A DNA stretch of 24,368 nt from assembly GCA_016214375.1 (NCBI GenBank), contig JACROQ010000128.1:1-24368 (forward strand), in the 5' to 3' direction. The notes under the pieces were generated by a model. That model was not told the DNA's origin. It made no database searches and saw only the letters and a program-made list of their open reading frames with translations. Origin of the DNA: Nitrospirota bacterium (GTDB lineage Bacteria > Nitrospirota > 9FT-COMBO-42-15 > HDB-SIOI813). Positions 1-9,800 of this stretch are shown here, one piece after another (position 1 is the stretch's first letter; the number at the start of each line of letters is the position of its first letter). Made by a program: the position numbers and the translations under genes.

Positions 1-605
1 ATATTGGCATCGCAGCGGAAACTCCCCTCTTCCATATTGCCGTCACAGATATCCAGATACCGGACGATCTCCCGGAGGCTTTTCAGATACTCCACTGCCT
101 CTTCCGGCAGACGCATATCAGGCTCACTTACGATCTCGATCAACGGGACCCCGGCCCGGTTCAGATCCACAAGGCTTGTATCCTCACTCCCTTCATGGAT
201 AGACTTCCCCGCATCCTCCTCCATGTGAATCCTTGTAAGACCGATCCGCTTCGTCCCTCCATCCCTATCAATCTCAACATAGCCGCCCGTTGCCAGCGGC
301 TGTTCATACTGGGAGATCTGATACCCTTTGGGCAGATCAGGATAAAAGTAGTTTTTCCGCGCAAACCGGCAGAGCGGCTCAATCCGACAATGGGTGGCGT
401 GTGCCATCATGACGGCAAAATTCACCGCCTCCCTGTTTAATACCGGAAGGACACCCGGCAGTCCCAGACAGACCGGGCATGTCTGTGTGTTCGGTGAGGC
501 CCCGAACTTCGTACTGCAGCCGCAGAAGATCTTGGATTTCGTCAGGAGTTGCGCGTGGACCTCCAGACCGATCACCGCCTCGTATTTTCCGTGCACCTTT
601 TCCAT
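1..605 (-). CDS. gatB: Asp/Glu-tRNA amidotransferase subunit B (5' part; runs off the window start)
   Basis: Manual translation from ATG 605: [30 protein letters not shown]...[17 protein letters not shown]...HMEEDAGKS...[17 protein letters not shown]...[23 protein letters not shown] upstream. Missing from the ORF track because no stop lies in the window. Confidence 0.97.
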   Translation of the reverse strand, partial: MEKVHGKYEAVIGLEVHAQLLTKSKIFCGCSTKFGASPNTQTCPVCLGLPGVLPVLNREAVNFAVMMAHATHCRIEPLCRFARKNYFYPDLPKGYQISQYEQPLATGGYVEIDRDGGTKRIGLTRIHMEEDAGKSIHEGSEDTSLVDLNRAGVPLIEIVSEPDMRLPEEAVEYLKSLREIVRYLDICDGNMEEGSFRCDAN

Positions 606-614
606 AGCTCCTTA

Positions 615-838
615 TCTTGCCTCTTGCCTCTTGCCTCTTGCCTCTTGCCTCTTGCCTCTGACTTCTTGCTTCTGACTTCTTGCTTCTTGCTTCTGACTTC
701 TAACTTCTTGCCTCTGACTTCTTGCTTCTGACTTCTTGCTTCTTGCTTCTGACTTCTAACTTCTTGCTTCTTACTTCTAACTTCTTGCCTCTTGCTTCTG
801 ACTTCTTGCCTCTTGCTTCTTGCTTCTAACTTCTGACT
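615..838. repeat. Degenerate 7-bp tandem array, 32 units (TCTTGCC/TCTTGCT/TCTGACT/TCTAACT)
   Basis: Counted directly: 224 bp in unbroken 7-bp register. It overlaps the last codons and TAG stop of gatA. Confidence 0.95.
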
Positions 839-2301
839 CCTATCTCTGGTCTTCTCTTCCGCCACTCCGTCGCCTGCTCATAGGCATAGGCGATCTGCAG
901 GATCCTCTCCTCATCAAAATCCCTGCCAAGGATCTGCAGTCCTACCGGAAGCCCATCCCCTGTAAACCCGCAGGGGATCGAGAGCCCGGGAATCCCTGCA
1001 AGATTGACCGAGATCGTGAATATATCCGACAGATACATCTGCAGCGGGTCTGCCGTCCTCTCGCCGACCCGGAATGCCGGTGTCGGGGACGTCGGCGTCA
1101 CGATGGCGTCCACCTCCTGAAAGGCCCTCTCAAAGTCCCCCTTGATCAGGGTCCTCACCTGCTGCGCCTTTCTGTAGTAGGCATCATAATATCCGGCGCT
1201 CAGCACATAGGTCCCGAGCATGATCCTGCGCTTGACCTCAGGGCCAAACCCTTCATCCCTGGTCTTCATATACATCCCGATGAGGTCATCCGCATCCTTT
1301 GTCCTGTACCCGTATTTGACACCGTCATATCTGGCCAGGTTAGAGCTGGCCTCTGCCGTGGCGATGATATAATAGGCGGCAATCGCATATTCTGTATGAG
1401 GCAGGGATATCTCCACGGTCCTGGCCCCCAGACCTTCAAGCGCCCGGACGGCCTCTTTAACGCACGATTCGACAGAGGGGTCAATCCCGCTTATAAAATA
1501 TTCCCTGGGAATGCCAAGCCGCAGTCCCTTGATATCACGCCCTAATACCTTTGTATAGTCCGGTACCGGGAGCCCCACCGAGGTCGAGTCTTTTGGGTCA
1601 TGCCCGCTGATGGCCTTCAGCAGGATCGCACAATCGGTGACATCTTTTGTAATCGGGCCGATCTGGTCCAGAGAGGATGCAAAGGCGATTAAACCATACC
1701 GGGAGACACGCCCATAGGTGGGCTTTAACCCGACCACCCCGCACAGGGCCGCCGGCTGCCGGATGGATCCTCCTGTATCCGAGCCCAGCGCTGCGATACA
1801 CTCATCTGCAGCGACGGCCGCCGTAGAACCACCGCTGGACCCCCCCGGCACCCTGCCGGTATCCCAGGGATTCCTCGTCACCTGATAAAAAGAGTTCTCG
1901 GTAGATGACCCCATTGCAAACTCATCCATATTGGTCATCCCGGGGTGGACGTATCCCGCCTTCTCTAATCTGTCTATGACGGTGGCGTTGTAGGGAGAGG
2001 TAAAGTTATGAAGAATATGAGAGGCACAGGTAGTGCGCACCCCTTTCGTACATATCAAATCTTTGATGGCAATGGGTATCCCCGTGAGGGGAGAGACATC
2101 ACTACTGCCGTCCCGGATAAGCTGATCTGCCCTATCTGCCTGGGCAAAGGCCTTCTCCCCGGTAAGGCATAAGTAGGCACGGACACGGGTATCGACTTCA
2201 TTGATCCTTTCAAAAACAGACCCGGTTATCTCCCGTGAAGTGATCTCCCTCTTCTTAAGAAGTCCATGGAGCTCGTGAATGGTCTTTCGATAGAGTTCCA
2301 G
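826..2301 (-). CDS. gatA: Asp/Glu-tRNA amidotransferase subunit A
   Basis: Amidase signature GGSSGGS / [12 protein letters not shown]. The frame is open upstream of the track ORF (2058) to CTG at 2301 ([22 protein letters not shown]...IPIAIKD), which follows a GGGAGGAG RBS; about 491 aa. Confidence 0.95.
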   Translation of the reverse strand: MELYRKTIHELHGLLKKREITSREITGSVFERINEVDTRVRAYLCLTGEKAFAQADRADQLIRDGSSDVSPLTGIPIAIKDLICTKGVRTTCASHILHNFTSPYNATVIDRLEKAGYVHPGMTNMDEFAMGSSTENSFYQVTRNPWDTGRVPGGSSGGSTAAVAADECIAALGSDTGGSIRQPAALCGVVGLKPTYGRVSRYGLIAFASSLDQIGPITKDVTDCAILLKAISGHDPKDSTSVGLPVPDYTKVLGRDIKGLRLGIPREYFISGIDPSVESCVKEAVRALEGLGARTVEISLPHTEYAIAAYYIIATAEASSNLARYDGVKYGYRTKDADDLIGMYMKTRDEGFGPEVKRRIMLGTYVLSAGYYDAYYRKAQQVRTLIKGDFERAFQEVDAIVTPTSPTPAFRVGERTADPLQMYLSDIFTISVNLAGIPGLSIPCGFTGDGLPVGLQILGRDFDEERILQIAYAYEQATEWRKRRPEIGVRS

Positions 2302-2321
2302 TTCTTCACTCCTCCCAGTCG

Positions 2322-2400
2322 GTCATCCTGAGGGCGAATGCCCGAAGGCTCTGAAACACGTCAGATCCTTCCCCTTCACTTCGTTCAGGGTCAGGATGAC
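2322..2400. repeat. REP-like palindromic doublet (GTCATCCTGA...TCAGGATGAC)
   Basis: 10-bp perfect terminal inverted repeat. Same family as the inner parts of 2813-2954, 7263-7405 and 19555-19722. Confidence 0.85.
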
Positions 2401-2423
2401 AAGCAACAAAACTTTTCCACCTG

Positions 2424-2786
2424 CTATCCAATCACCTGCTTCGCTATCTTATTCTTATCGTCCACAATAATGATCCTGGGCTTAAAGGTCTTCAACTCCT
2501 CTTCATTGTAATATTCATAACAGAATATCACGATCTTATCCCCCGTCACACCTTTTCTCGCCGTGGGGCCATTGAGACAGACCTGTCCGCTCCCCTTCGG
2601 CCCTGGGATCACATAGGTCTCAAAACGCTCCCCGTTATTCATGTTCGATATCATGACCTGCTCATACGGAAGTATGCCGGCAGCCTCGATCAGCTCCTGA
2701 TCAATCGTGATACTCCCCTCGTAAGACAAATTGGCATCGGTCACCGTCGCCCTGTGAATCTTCGATCTCAGCATCTCCCGCAACAA
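2424..2786 (-). CDS. panD: Aspartate 1-decarboxylase
   Basis: [25 protein letters not shown] with the G-S self-cleavage site, plus NGERFETY and LNGPTAR. Probable TTG start at 2786 after a GGAGGGAGG RBS. Confidence 0.95.
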   Translation of the reverse strand: MLREMLRSKIHRATVTDANLSYEGSITIDQELIEAAGILPYEQVMISNMNNGERFETYVIPGPKGSGQVCLNGPTARKGVTGDKIVIFCYEYYNEEELKTFKPRIIIVDDKNKIAKQVIG

Positions 2787-2812
2787 GGTCTCCCCTCCCT
2801 CCAACGACTACT

Positions 2813-2954
2813 AGGCTGTTGAAAAAGTCTGGCAAATGTCATTCTGAGGAGCCGAAGGCGACGAAGAATCTGATAACCACTTAATTTCCTTAGGCGTCAG
2901 ATCCTTCGCTTTGCTCAGGATGACAGGCTGAAAGACTTTTTCAACAGCCTGCTA
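2813..2954. mobile_element. Composite MITE-like element: 18-bp terminal IR (AGGCTGTTGAAAAAGTCT) enclosing a REP-like doublet (2837-2925)
   Basis: Perfect 18-bp IR at 2813-2830 and 2933-2950. Near-identical copy at 7263-7405. No coding capacity. Confidence 0.8.
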
Positions 2955-3239
2955 CTCTATCACCTTGGGTACCCTAAAAAACTCCTCAGTCCTGTCAGGG
3001 GCATTTACCAGGGCCTTTCCCCTGTCAATAGACCCGCATACCTCGTCTTCCCGCAGGACATTCCTGACAGGCAACACATGGGATGTCGGTTCTACATCCC
3101 TCGTATCCAGTTCATTCAATTTCTCTACATAGGTCAGGATATCGCTCAGTTGGCGTGTCAATTGCTCAACCTCTTCCTCCCTGAGCGCAAGCCGCGCCAG
3201 CCTGGCCACATGCTCTACCTCTTTCCTCGTGATCTTCAT
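2952..3239 (-). CDS. gatC: Asp/Glu-tRNA amidotransferase subunit C
   Basis: MKITRKEVEHVARLARL...LNELDT..VEPTSH...FFRVPKVIE. ATGA overlap with the pcrA stop. Confidence 0.96.
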   Translation of the reverse strand: MKITRKEVEHVARLARLALREEEVEQLTRQLSDILTYVEKLNELDTRDVEPTSHVLPVRNVLREDEVCGSIDRGKALVNAPDRTEEFFRVPKVIE

Positions 3240-5407
3240 AACACCTCAAGGTTGGCAAACCTGACAGCCAGCGTCTTCGGCCCGATGGAATAAAACCTCA
3301 CAACCACCTTCTCCTGGTCCCCTCTCCCCTCAGAGCTTTGAATAACACCCACACCCCACTGCAAATGACGCACACGGTCTCCTTTCTTAAGCGGCCTCAC
3401 ATCACTGCCGTGCGTCTGACTCCGGATATTATTATACATGACATTATACATATCAGGCTCACCAATTTCTACCCTGATTTTTGAGTCCTCTTTTATCTCT
3501 CTGAAGAACCTCGATTCCCTCCTGGACTGCGACTGGCCGAAGAGGTTTCTTGAGACTGCACTGGTCAGATAAAGCCTCTCCCGCGCCCTTGTAATGCCCA
3601 CATAGCATAACCTGCGCTCCTCTTCCACATCTTCTTCACTCTCAAAGGCCCTGACATGAGGGAGTATCCCCTCCTCAAGCCCTGTAATAAAGACGACCGG
3701 GAATTCAAGCCCCTTGGCGCTGTGGAGTGTCATCAGCGAGACCATCGTTGCGGCATGGGTCTTACGAGCCGGGACTTGAGAATTGATGTGCGAAATATCC
3801 TCATCACTCAGGAGGCTCACCTCATCCATAAACCCCTCAATTCCCATCTCAGGCATCCTCTCTTCATACCTCTTCGCAGCGCCCATCAGCTCCATCACAT
3901 TCTCGATACGGTCCTCTCCCTCCTCATCTCTCTTTAATGCCTCCACATATCCTGTCACTTCAAATATCCTTTTGACAAACTCTGAAGGGGGGAGCTCTCT
4001 CACCAGGATCCTGAGCTTTTCAATCAGGGAGACAAACCCTTCAAGCCTGGGAGTTGCCGGCGACATATTCACCACCCCCTGATACAAAGAACATCCGCGG
4101 GCCTTTGAAAACTCCTCCAGGGTCTTTAACGTAGCGGCCCCGATCCCCCGGTGCGGGACATTGATGATCCTCCTGAGACTCACGTCGTCATCCTGCATTA
4201 AAGAGATCCTGATATAGGCCTGGATATCTTTGACCTCTTTCCTTTCATAAAACCGGATCCCTCCAATAATCTTATAGGGTATGGCGGCCTCCCGCAATGC
4301 CTCTTCTATGGCCCTGGATTGGGCATTGGTCCGGTAGAGGACGGCAAAATGGCCCGGGTCTCTCCCATTTCTCATCATAGACCTGATGCAGTTCAGCACA
4401 TAAGCCGCCTCTCCCCTCTCATCGCTGACCCTGTGGTAGACGACAGGTTCCCCGGCAGGATTTTCCGTCCAGAGCTTCTTTTGTTTTCGTCCGATATTTT
4501 TCTCGATCAACCGGCCGGCGGCGTTGAGGATAGAGCCTGTGGAACGATAGTTCTGCTCAAGCCTGATGACCATGGCATCCGGATAGTCCGATTCAAAGCC
4601 CAGGATGTTTTGCAGCTCCGCACCCCTGAAGCGATAGATGCTCTGGTCATCATCCCCCACGACACAGAGGTTTCTGTGCCTGTCTGACAGGAGCCTGATT
4701 AATTTGTATTGCGACGGGTTTGTATCCTGATACTCATCCACCAGGACATATTTAAACCTCTCCTGGTATCTGCCCAGGACCTCTGAATCCTTCTCAAAAA
4801 GCTCTATGCACCTCATGATCAGGTCATCAAAGTCCATGGCATGGTTGCGGGCCAGTTTATCCTGGTACATCCTGTAGACCTTTAATACCTTATCCTCCAT
4901 TCCAAACCCCTGCGCCCTCTGTGAAAACTCCGCAGGGGTTGTCAATCTCCCCTTCAGAAAGGAGATCTGTCTTGCAATAGCGCTTGCCGGATAGCGGTCG
5001 TCGCTGATATTGAGCTCTTTGGTACACTCCTTGACCAGTCCCAGTTGATCCGCTTTATCGTATACAGAAAAGTCCTTACGGTATCCGATAACCTGGCTGT
5101 GCATCCTCAAAAATCGGAGACAGATCGAGTGGAATGTGCCGGTCCAGAGTCCTTCCATGTTCCGCATTCCACATTCCGCATCCCACAATTTAAATATCCT
5201 TGCCTTCATCTCTTCAGAAGCCTTGTTGGTAAATGTCACGGCAAGGATATGACCCGGGGAGACTCCCAGGTGATAGACTAAACAGGCAATACGGTGGGTA
5301 ATGACCCGTGTCTTTCCGCTTCCTGCACCGGCAAGAATAAGGAGAGGGCCTTCTGTATATTCAACAGCCTGACGCTGTAATGGATTAAGGGCGCTTAGGA
5401 GATCCAT
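3236..5407 (-). CDS. pcrA: UvrD/PcrA-family SF1 DNA helicase
   Basis: AGAGSGKT, VTFTNKA, DEYQDTN, VGDDDQSIY, LEQNYRST, TLHSAKGLEF, EERRLCYVGITRA motifs and a C-terminal Tudor-like tail. Confidence 0.95.
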   Translation of the reverse strand: MDLLSALNPLQRQAVEYTEGPLLILAGAGSGKTRVITHRIACLVYHLGVSPGHILAVTFTNKASEEMKARIFKLWDAECGMRNMEGLWTGTFHSICLRFLRMHSQVIGYRKDFSVYDKADQLGLVKECTKELNISDDRYPASAIARQISFLKGRLTTPAEFSQRAQGFGMEDKVLKVYRMYQDKLARNHAMDFDDLIMRCIELFEKDSEVLGRYQERFKYVLVDEYQDTNPSQYKLIRLLSDRHRNLCVVGDDDQSIYRFRGAELQNILGFESDYPDAMVIRLEQNYRSTGSILNAAGRLIEKNIGRKQKKLWTENPAGEPVVYHRVSDERGEAAYVLNCIRSMMRNGRDPGHFAVLYRTNAQSRAIEEALREAAIPYKIIGGIRFYERKEVKDIQAYIRISLMQDDDVSLRRIINVPHRGIGAATLKTLEEFSKARGCSLYQGVVNMSPATPRLEGFVSLIEKLRILVRELPPSEFVKRIFEVTGYVEALKRDEEGEDRIENVMELMGAAKRYEERMPEMGIEGFMDEVSLLSDEDISHINSQVPARKTHAATMVSLMTLHSAKGLEFPVVFITGLEEGILPHVRAFESEEDVEEERRLCYVGITRARERLYLTSAVSRNLFGQSQSRRESRFFREIKEDSKIRVEIGEPDMYNVMYNNIRSQTHGSDVRPLKKGDRVRHLQWGVGVIQSSEGRGDQEKVVVRFYSIGPKTLAVRFANLEVL
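5153..5187. repeat. Five degenerate 7-bp units (TTCCGCA-type) inside pcrA
   Basis: TTCCATG TTCCGCA TTCCACA TTCCGCA TCCCACA; encodes LWDAECGMRNME. Confidence 0.7.
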
Positions 5408-5416
5408 TTCCCCACA

Positions 5417-7246
5417 TTATTCCACAGTAACACTCTTGGCCAGATTCCTGGGTTGATCGACATCGCACCCCCGCAGTACCGCAATATGGTATGCCAGCAA
5501 CTGCAGAGGTATCGCGAGCAGCACAGGGGTTAAGAGGGGGTCAAACTCCGGCAGATAGAAGACATGATCTGCCCTCCCCGCAATATCCTGATCCCCCTCA
5601 TTGGCGATAGCGATGATCTTGCCGCTCCGCGCCTTTACTTCCATAATATTGCTCAATACCTTGTTGTAGACACTGTTCTTCGTAATCAGGGCTACTGTGG
5701 GCATCTGATCATCGATGAGGGCGATGGGCCCATGCTTCATCTCTCCTGCAGGATATCCCTCTGCATGGATATAGGAGATCTCTTTAAGCTTCAGGGCGCC
5801 TTCCAAGGCGATGGGATAGTTTGGCCCCCTGCCAAGAAACAGAAAATCCCTGTATTGAAAATATTCCCGTGCGATCTCTTCGATCTTCTCCCCCTTCTCC
5901 AGGACCTTCTCCACTAAGTGCGGGAGTTGTGACAGGATCTCAAGACGGTCCTTGCATTCCCCCTGGGAGAGCGCCCCCCTGACCCTGCCCAGGTAAATGG
6001 CCAGGAGATAGAGCGCTACAAGCTGCGAGGTGAACGTCTTTGTGGCGGCCACACCGATCTCAGGGCCGGCATGCGTATAGATGATCCCGTCTGACTCCCT
6101 CGCCGCCGTGCTGCCGACAACATTGCATATCGAGAAGACCTTCCCCTTTTTCTTCCGAGCCTCCCGCATGGCGGCAAGCGTATCCGCCGTCTCCCCCGAC
6201 TGTGTCATGGCAATCAGCAGGCTCTTTTCACCAATCAATGGGTTCCTGTATCTGAATTCCGAGGCCACATCCACCTCAACAGGGACCCTCGCGATCTCCT
6301 CAATCATAAATTTCCCGACCAGGGCCGCATGCCATGATGTCCCGCAGGCCACAATAAAGATATTCCTGAGCCCCTGGATATCCTCCACGGACAGACCGAT
6401 CTCATCCAGATAGACATTTCCCGTATCATAGGAGAGCCTCCCCCGGAGTGTATCCATAATGGCCCTCGGCTGTTCATAGATCTCTTTGAGCATGAAGTGC
6501 CGGTAGCCCCCCTTTTCTGCCATGACAGGATTCCATACCACTTTGGAGGGTTCCTTTTCAACCGGATTCCCTTCAAGATCCATAATCTGTATCCCCTCCG
6601 GCGAGAGGACAATGATCTCTTCATCATCCAGGAAGACCACGTCCCTTGTATAGTTGAGAATGGCGGGGATATCCGAGGCCAGGAACGAGCCCCCCTGGGC
6701 CAGACCCGCAACCAGCGGACAACCGTTCCTGGCGCCGACGAGGAGATCGGGTTCTTCCTCCCTGAGCACGGCAATCGCATAGGCGCCCCTGACCTCCTTT
6801 AATGCCTCCTGTACGGCCGGCACTAACGACAGCCCTCTCTTCACATGACGGTCTATCAGATGGGCGATGACCTCCGTGTCTGTCTCTGACGCAAAGTGGC
6901 GCCCTTCTGCAATCAGCTCTTTCTTGAGCTGCATATAGTTTTCGATGATCCCGTTATGGACCACAACGATGTTGCCGACCCTGTGGGGGTGAGCGTTCTC
7001 CTCAGAGGGACGGCCATGCGTAGCCCACCGGGTATGTCCGATGCCGATCGTACTGGATAGCTTCTCTCCTGAGAGGGCCATCTCCAGATTCTTTAGCTTT
7101 CCGACACATCTCCGGACCCCGATCTTCTGCCCCTGGATAAAGGCGATCCCTGCAGAGTCATATCCCCTGTACTCAAGCCTCTTGAGCCCGTCAATCAATA
7201 TCGGGACAACATTCTGATCTCCTATATAGCCAACAATGCCGCACAT
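5417..7246 (-). CDS. glmS: Glutamine-fructose-6-phosphate transaminase
   Basis: Starts MCGIVG (Ntn catalytic Cys) after a GGAGG RBS; [15 protein letters not shown]-like motif, ends [10 protein letters not shown]. Confidence 0.98.
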   Translation of the reverse strand: MCGIVGYIGDQNVVPILIDGLKRLEYRGYDSAGIAFIQGQKIGVRRCVGKLKNLEMALSGEKLSSTIGIGHTRWATHGRPSEENAHPHRVGNIVVVHNGIIENYMQLKKELIAEGRHFASETDTEVIAHLIDRHVKRGLSLVPAVQEALKEVRGAYAIAVLREEEPDLLVGARNGCPLVAGLAQGGSFLASDIPAILNYTRDVVFLDDEEIIVLSPEGIQIMDLEGNPVEKEPSKVVWNPVMAEKGGYRHFMLKEIYEQPRAIMDTLRGRLSYDTGNVYLDEIGLSVEDIQGLRNIFIVACGTSWHAALVGKFMIEEIARVPVEVDVASEFRYRNPLIGEKSLLIAMTQSGETADTLAAMREARKKKGKVFSICNVVGSTAARESDGIIYTHAGPEIGVAATKTFTSQLVALYLLAIYLGRVRGALSQGECKDRLEILSQLPHLVEKVLEKGEKIEEIAREYFQYRDFLFLGRGPNYPIALEGALKLKEISYIHAEGYPAGEMKHGPIALIDDQMPTVALITKNSVYNKVLSNIMEVKARSGKIIAIANEGDQDIAGRADHVFYLPEFDPLLTPVLLAIPLQLLAYHIAVLRGCDVDQPRNLAKSVTVE

Positions 7247-7262
7247 ATCATTGCCTCCTGAC

Positions 7263-7405
7263 AGGCAGTTGAAAAAGTTCAGCAAGCTGTCATTCTGAGG
7301 AGCCGAAGGCGACGAAGAATCTGATAACTCTTAGTTTTCCTTAGGAGTCAGATCCTTCGCTTCGCTCAGGATGACAGGCTGAGTGACTTTTTCAGAACCC
7401 TGCTA
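7263..7405. mobile_element. Second copy of the composite MITE-like element (REP doublet 7288-7376)
   Basis: Aligns along its length with 2813-2954, with a more degenerate outer IR. Confidence 0.8.
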
Positions 7406-7428
7406 AACTATGGTTACTCTGGCTCCCG

Positions 7429-8823
7429 TTACTCCTCTTCAGCCTTCCTCTTCTTCCTCTTCTCTGCCCACCCTTCCATGTTCCTCTGCTCCACACGGCT
7501 TATCGCCAGGGCCCCGGGAGGAACATCCTTTGTGACCGTAGAACCGGCGGCAATAATCGCCCCATCCCCGATCTTTACCGGGGCCACCAGTTGTGTATCA
7601 CTCCCCACAAAGACCCCGTCTCCTATGATGGTCTTGTGCTTTTTCCATCCATCATAGTTGCAAGTGATCGTCCCTGCGCCGATGTTGACCCCGCTGCCGA
7701 CCTCAGCGTCCCCAAGATAGGTAAGGTGATTGGCCTTGGAACCCTCTCCCATCACCGCCTTCTTAATCTCTACATAGTTCCCTACCCTGACATTCTTGCC
7801 GAGTATGGTCCCCGGCCTTAGGTGCGCAAATGGCCCTACCTGAGAACCATTGCCGATCCTGCTCTCCTCGATGACGCAGGCGTCTTTCACTGTCACATCC
7901 TCCCCGATCTGGCTGTCTGCGATCCTGCTATTCGGATAGATAACGCTCGATTTTCCTATCGTTGTATCCCCCTGGATCGTCGTCCCCGGATAGATCGTCA
8001 CATCCCGTGCAATCGTAACCCCTGCATCGATATAGATGGATCCCGGGTTTATCAGCGATACGCCATTCACCATGTGATGATTGTTGATCCGCCTCCGCAT
8101 CATGCCATCCACCATCGCAAGCTCACCCCTGCTATTCACACCGATAACCTCTTCCCTCTCCCGGGTCTTGTATGTAGATACCTTAACCCCCTTTTTAAGA
8201 CCTATCTCGATGCTGTCCGTCAGGTAGAACTCTTTCTGGACATTCTCTGCCCGGATCTCCCGGATCGCCTCAGACAAAAAGGGGCTGTTAAACACATAGG
8301 TGCCGGTATTCACCTCTCTGATCCCTTTAATATCATCCGAAGCATCCTTGTCTTCAACAATTTTCAGGATAGAGCCGTCAGCCTGGCGTACAATCCTCCC
8401 ATATCCGGTTGGATCTTCAACCTCTGTCGTAAGGACGGTTACAGAAGCGCTGCACTTCTGATGCGCCGATATCAGTTCAGAGACGGTCTTTGAGGTCATC
8501 AGGGGGACATCACCGCATAGGACAACCACCCTCCCGCGGTAACCCTTCAGGGACTCCATCGCCAATCTCACGGCGTCGGCTGTCCCTCTCTGCTCCGCTT
8601 GATGCACAATCTCTACATTCCTGCCGGACAACGCCTTCTGCACCCTGTCTGCCTGATGCCCTATGACCATGACGATCCTCTCTGAAGAGATGTCTTCAGC
8701 AATCCTGACCGGATAGAGGATCATCGGCATCCCTGCTACCGGATGCAAGACCTTCGCAAGCCCTGACTTCATCCGCTTTCCAAGACCTGCTGCTAAGATA
8801 ATGGTAGCTATATGACCGCTCAT
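7429..8823 (-). CDS. glmU: Bifunctional UDP-GlcNAc pyrophosphorylase / acetyltransferase
   Basis: LAAGLGKRMKS, GDVP, hexapeptide repeats, GPFAHLRP, NIGAGTITCNYDG. Confidence 0.98.
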   Translation of the reverse strand: MSGHIATIILAAGLGKRMKSGLAKVLHPVAGMPMILYPVRIAEDISSERIVMVIGHQADRVQKALSGRNVEIVHQAEQRGTADAVRLAMESLKGYRGRVVVLCGDVPLMTSKTVSELISAHQKCSASVTVLTTEVEDPTGYGRIVRQADGSILKIVEDKDASDDIKGIREVNTGTYVFNSPFLSEAIREIRAENVQKEFYLTDSIEIGLKKGVKVSTYKTREREEVIGVNSRGELAMVDGMMRRRINNHHMVNGVSLINPGSIYIDAGVTIARDVTIYPGTTIQGDTTIGKSSVIYPNSRIADSQIGEDVTVKDACVIEESRIGNGSQVGPFAHLRPGTILGKNVRVGNYVEIKKAVMGEGSKANHLTYLGDAEVGSGVNIGAGTITCNYDGWKKHKTIIGDGVFVGSDTQLVAPVKIGDGAIIAAGSTVTKDVPPGALAISRVEQRNMEGWAEKRKKRKAEEE

Positions 8824-8837
8824 CCCTATACCTATAC

Positions 8838-9482
8838 CTATATCTTGACCTTGTCCTTTTCCAGGTCATTTCCGGCTGACTCCTTGATATCCTTCATTGC
8901 AGACGGGGTATAGAGGCCCCCGGAGATGATCATCTTCATCCCATCCTCCACACTCATGGACAAGGGAGTCACTTTATTCTCCGGCACAAACACGAAATAG
9001 CCGGTGGTCGGATTCGGGGTGGTAGGGACAAAGACATTCATGACCCTCTCTGCAGTCATAGTCTGCACCTCCCCACGGGCTACCCCTGTCACAAAACCTA
9101 TGGAATACATCCCCTCCCTCGGGAACTCGATAAGGACAACACGGTTAAAGTGCTCCTCCCCCTGGAGGGACACCGTATCCACGACGTGCTTAATCACAGA
9201 ATAGACGCTGCGGACAAGGGGCACCCTCTTCATAATATCCTCCCAAAGGGCTACGGTCTTCCTCCCGACATAATTCGTGGTAAAAAGCCCGATCAGAAAG
9301 ATGAGTATAAACAGGGCAATGATCCCTAAGCCGGGGAAATAGACCTTCCCATATCCTTTCAGGAAATTGCCGAGAAAGCCTTCAAGGAATCTGAGAAGAG
9401 TGGACAGGACGAGGTATGTCCCCCAGATAGGGATGATCACCAGAAGCCCTGTGATGAAATATCGTCTAAGGTATCCCTTCAT
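8838..9482 (-). CDS. DUF502-family membrane protein
   Basis: RRYFITGLL N-terminus, VPLVRSVY, VFVPTTPNPTTG, MSVEDGMKMIISGG motifs. Confidence 0.88.
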   Translation of the reverse strand: MKGYLRRYFITGLLVIIPIWGTYLVLSTLLRFLEGFLGNFLKGYGKVYFPGLGIIALFILIFLIGLFTTNYVGRKTVALWEDIMKRVPLVRSVYSVIKHVVDTVSLQGEEHFNRVVLIEFPREGMYSIGFVTGVARGEVQTMTAERVMNVFVPTTPNPTTGYFVFVPENKVTPLSMSVEDGMKMIISGGLYTPSAMKDIKESAGNDLEKDKVKI

Positions 9483-9493
9483 TGCGCAAGATC

Positions 9494-9523
9494 ATCATAC
9501 AATATTCAGGCAGGGAGTTTCAA
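9494..9523 (-). promoter_or_regulatory. Putative sigma70 promoter of the DUF502-to-gatB run
   Basis: TTGAAA-N18-TATGAT, 11 nt upstream of the ATG. Confidence 0.45.
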
Positions 9524-9552
9524 GGGAAAGTTAAGGCACGGTTCTGATACAC

Positions 9553-9581
9553 TTGATGCGATGATTCATTTTGTTTAAAAT
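9553..9581 (+). promoter_or_regulatory. Putative sigma70 promoter of the DUF167 gene
   Basis: TTGATG-N17-TAAAAT, 9 nt before the ATG; no Shine-Dalgarno visible. Confidence 0.45.
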
Positions 9582-9590
9582 AGTTGCAAA

Positions 9591-9800
9591 ATGAAAATCT
9601 TTGTGAAGGTCAAACCACAATCAAAGAGTGAAGGGGTCACAAAGACCGATGAGACGCACTACGTCGTGCAGGTGAAAGCCCCCCCTGTTGAAGGAAAGGC
9701 CAATGAGGCCGTTGTCAGGGTCCTGAGCGATTATTTCAACATCCCTAAGAGTCATGTCCGGATTCTGAGGTGAACCCAGGGCAAACAGAAGATTGTTGCA
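9591..9800 (+). pseudogene. DUF167/YggU-family protein, premature TGA and lost 3' end
   Basis: VKVKP...VKAPPVEGKANEAV..LSDYF.IPKS. TGA at 9771 is followed in frame by family-like TQGKQKIV. Confidence 0.75.

Noticed and set aside
615-838. Possible CRISPR array
   Set aside because: Contiguous 7-bp units with no unique spacers, and no cas genes in the window.
572-865. 97-aa ORF with RSKKQEV-like repeats (and plus-strand ORFs 394-675, 549-731)
   Set aside because: By-product of the 7-bp array; out of frame with gatB and no family features.
820-1545. 241-aa plus-strand ORF and the many other antisense ORFs over gatA, glmS, glmU, pcrA, murJ and leuS
   Set aside because: Shadow frames of GC-rich housekeeping genes with no recognisable motifs.
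3431-3451. ATTATACAT repeated with a 12-bp period in the pcrA C-terminal linker
   Set aside because: Short, in-frame duplication in a variable linker; likely trivial slippage.
7247-7428. glmS ribozyme or other leader upstream of glmS; N-terminal extension in the track ORF (7285)
   Set aside because: The interval is filled by the composite repeat. GlmS needs Cys at position 2, fixing the start at 7246.
9771-9773. TGA at a Gly-like position suggesting UGA=Gly recoding; also TAG in hicB (13735-13737) as readthrough
   Set aside because: pcrA, leuS, holA and murJ end normally at TGA, and gatA and gatC at TAG. Simple nonsense mutations in a decaying island explain both.
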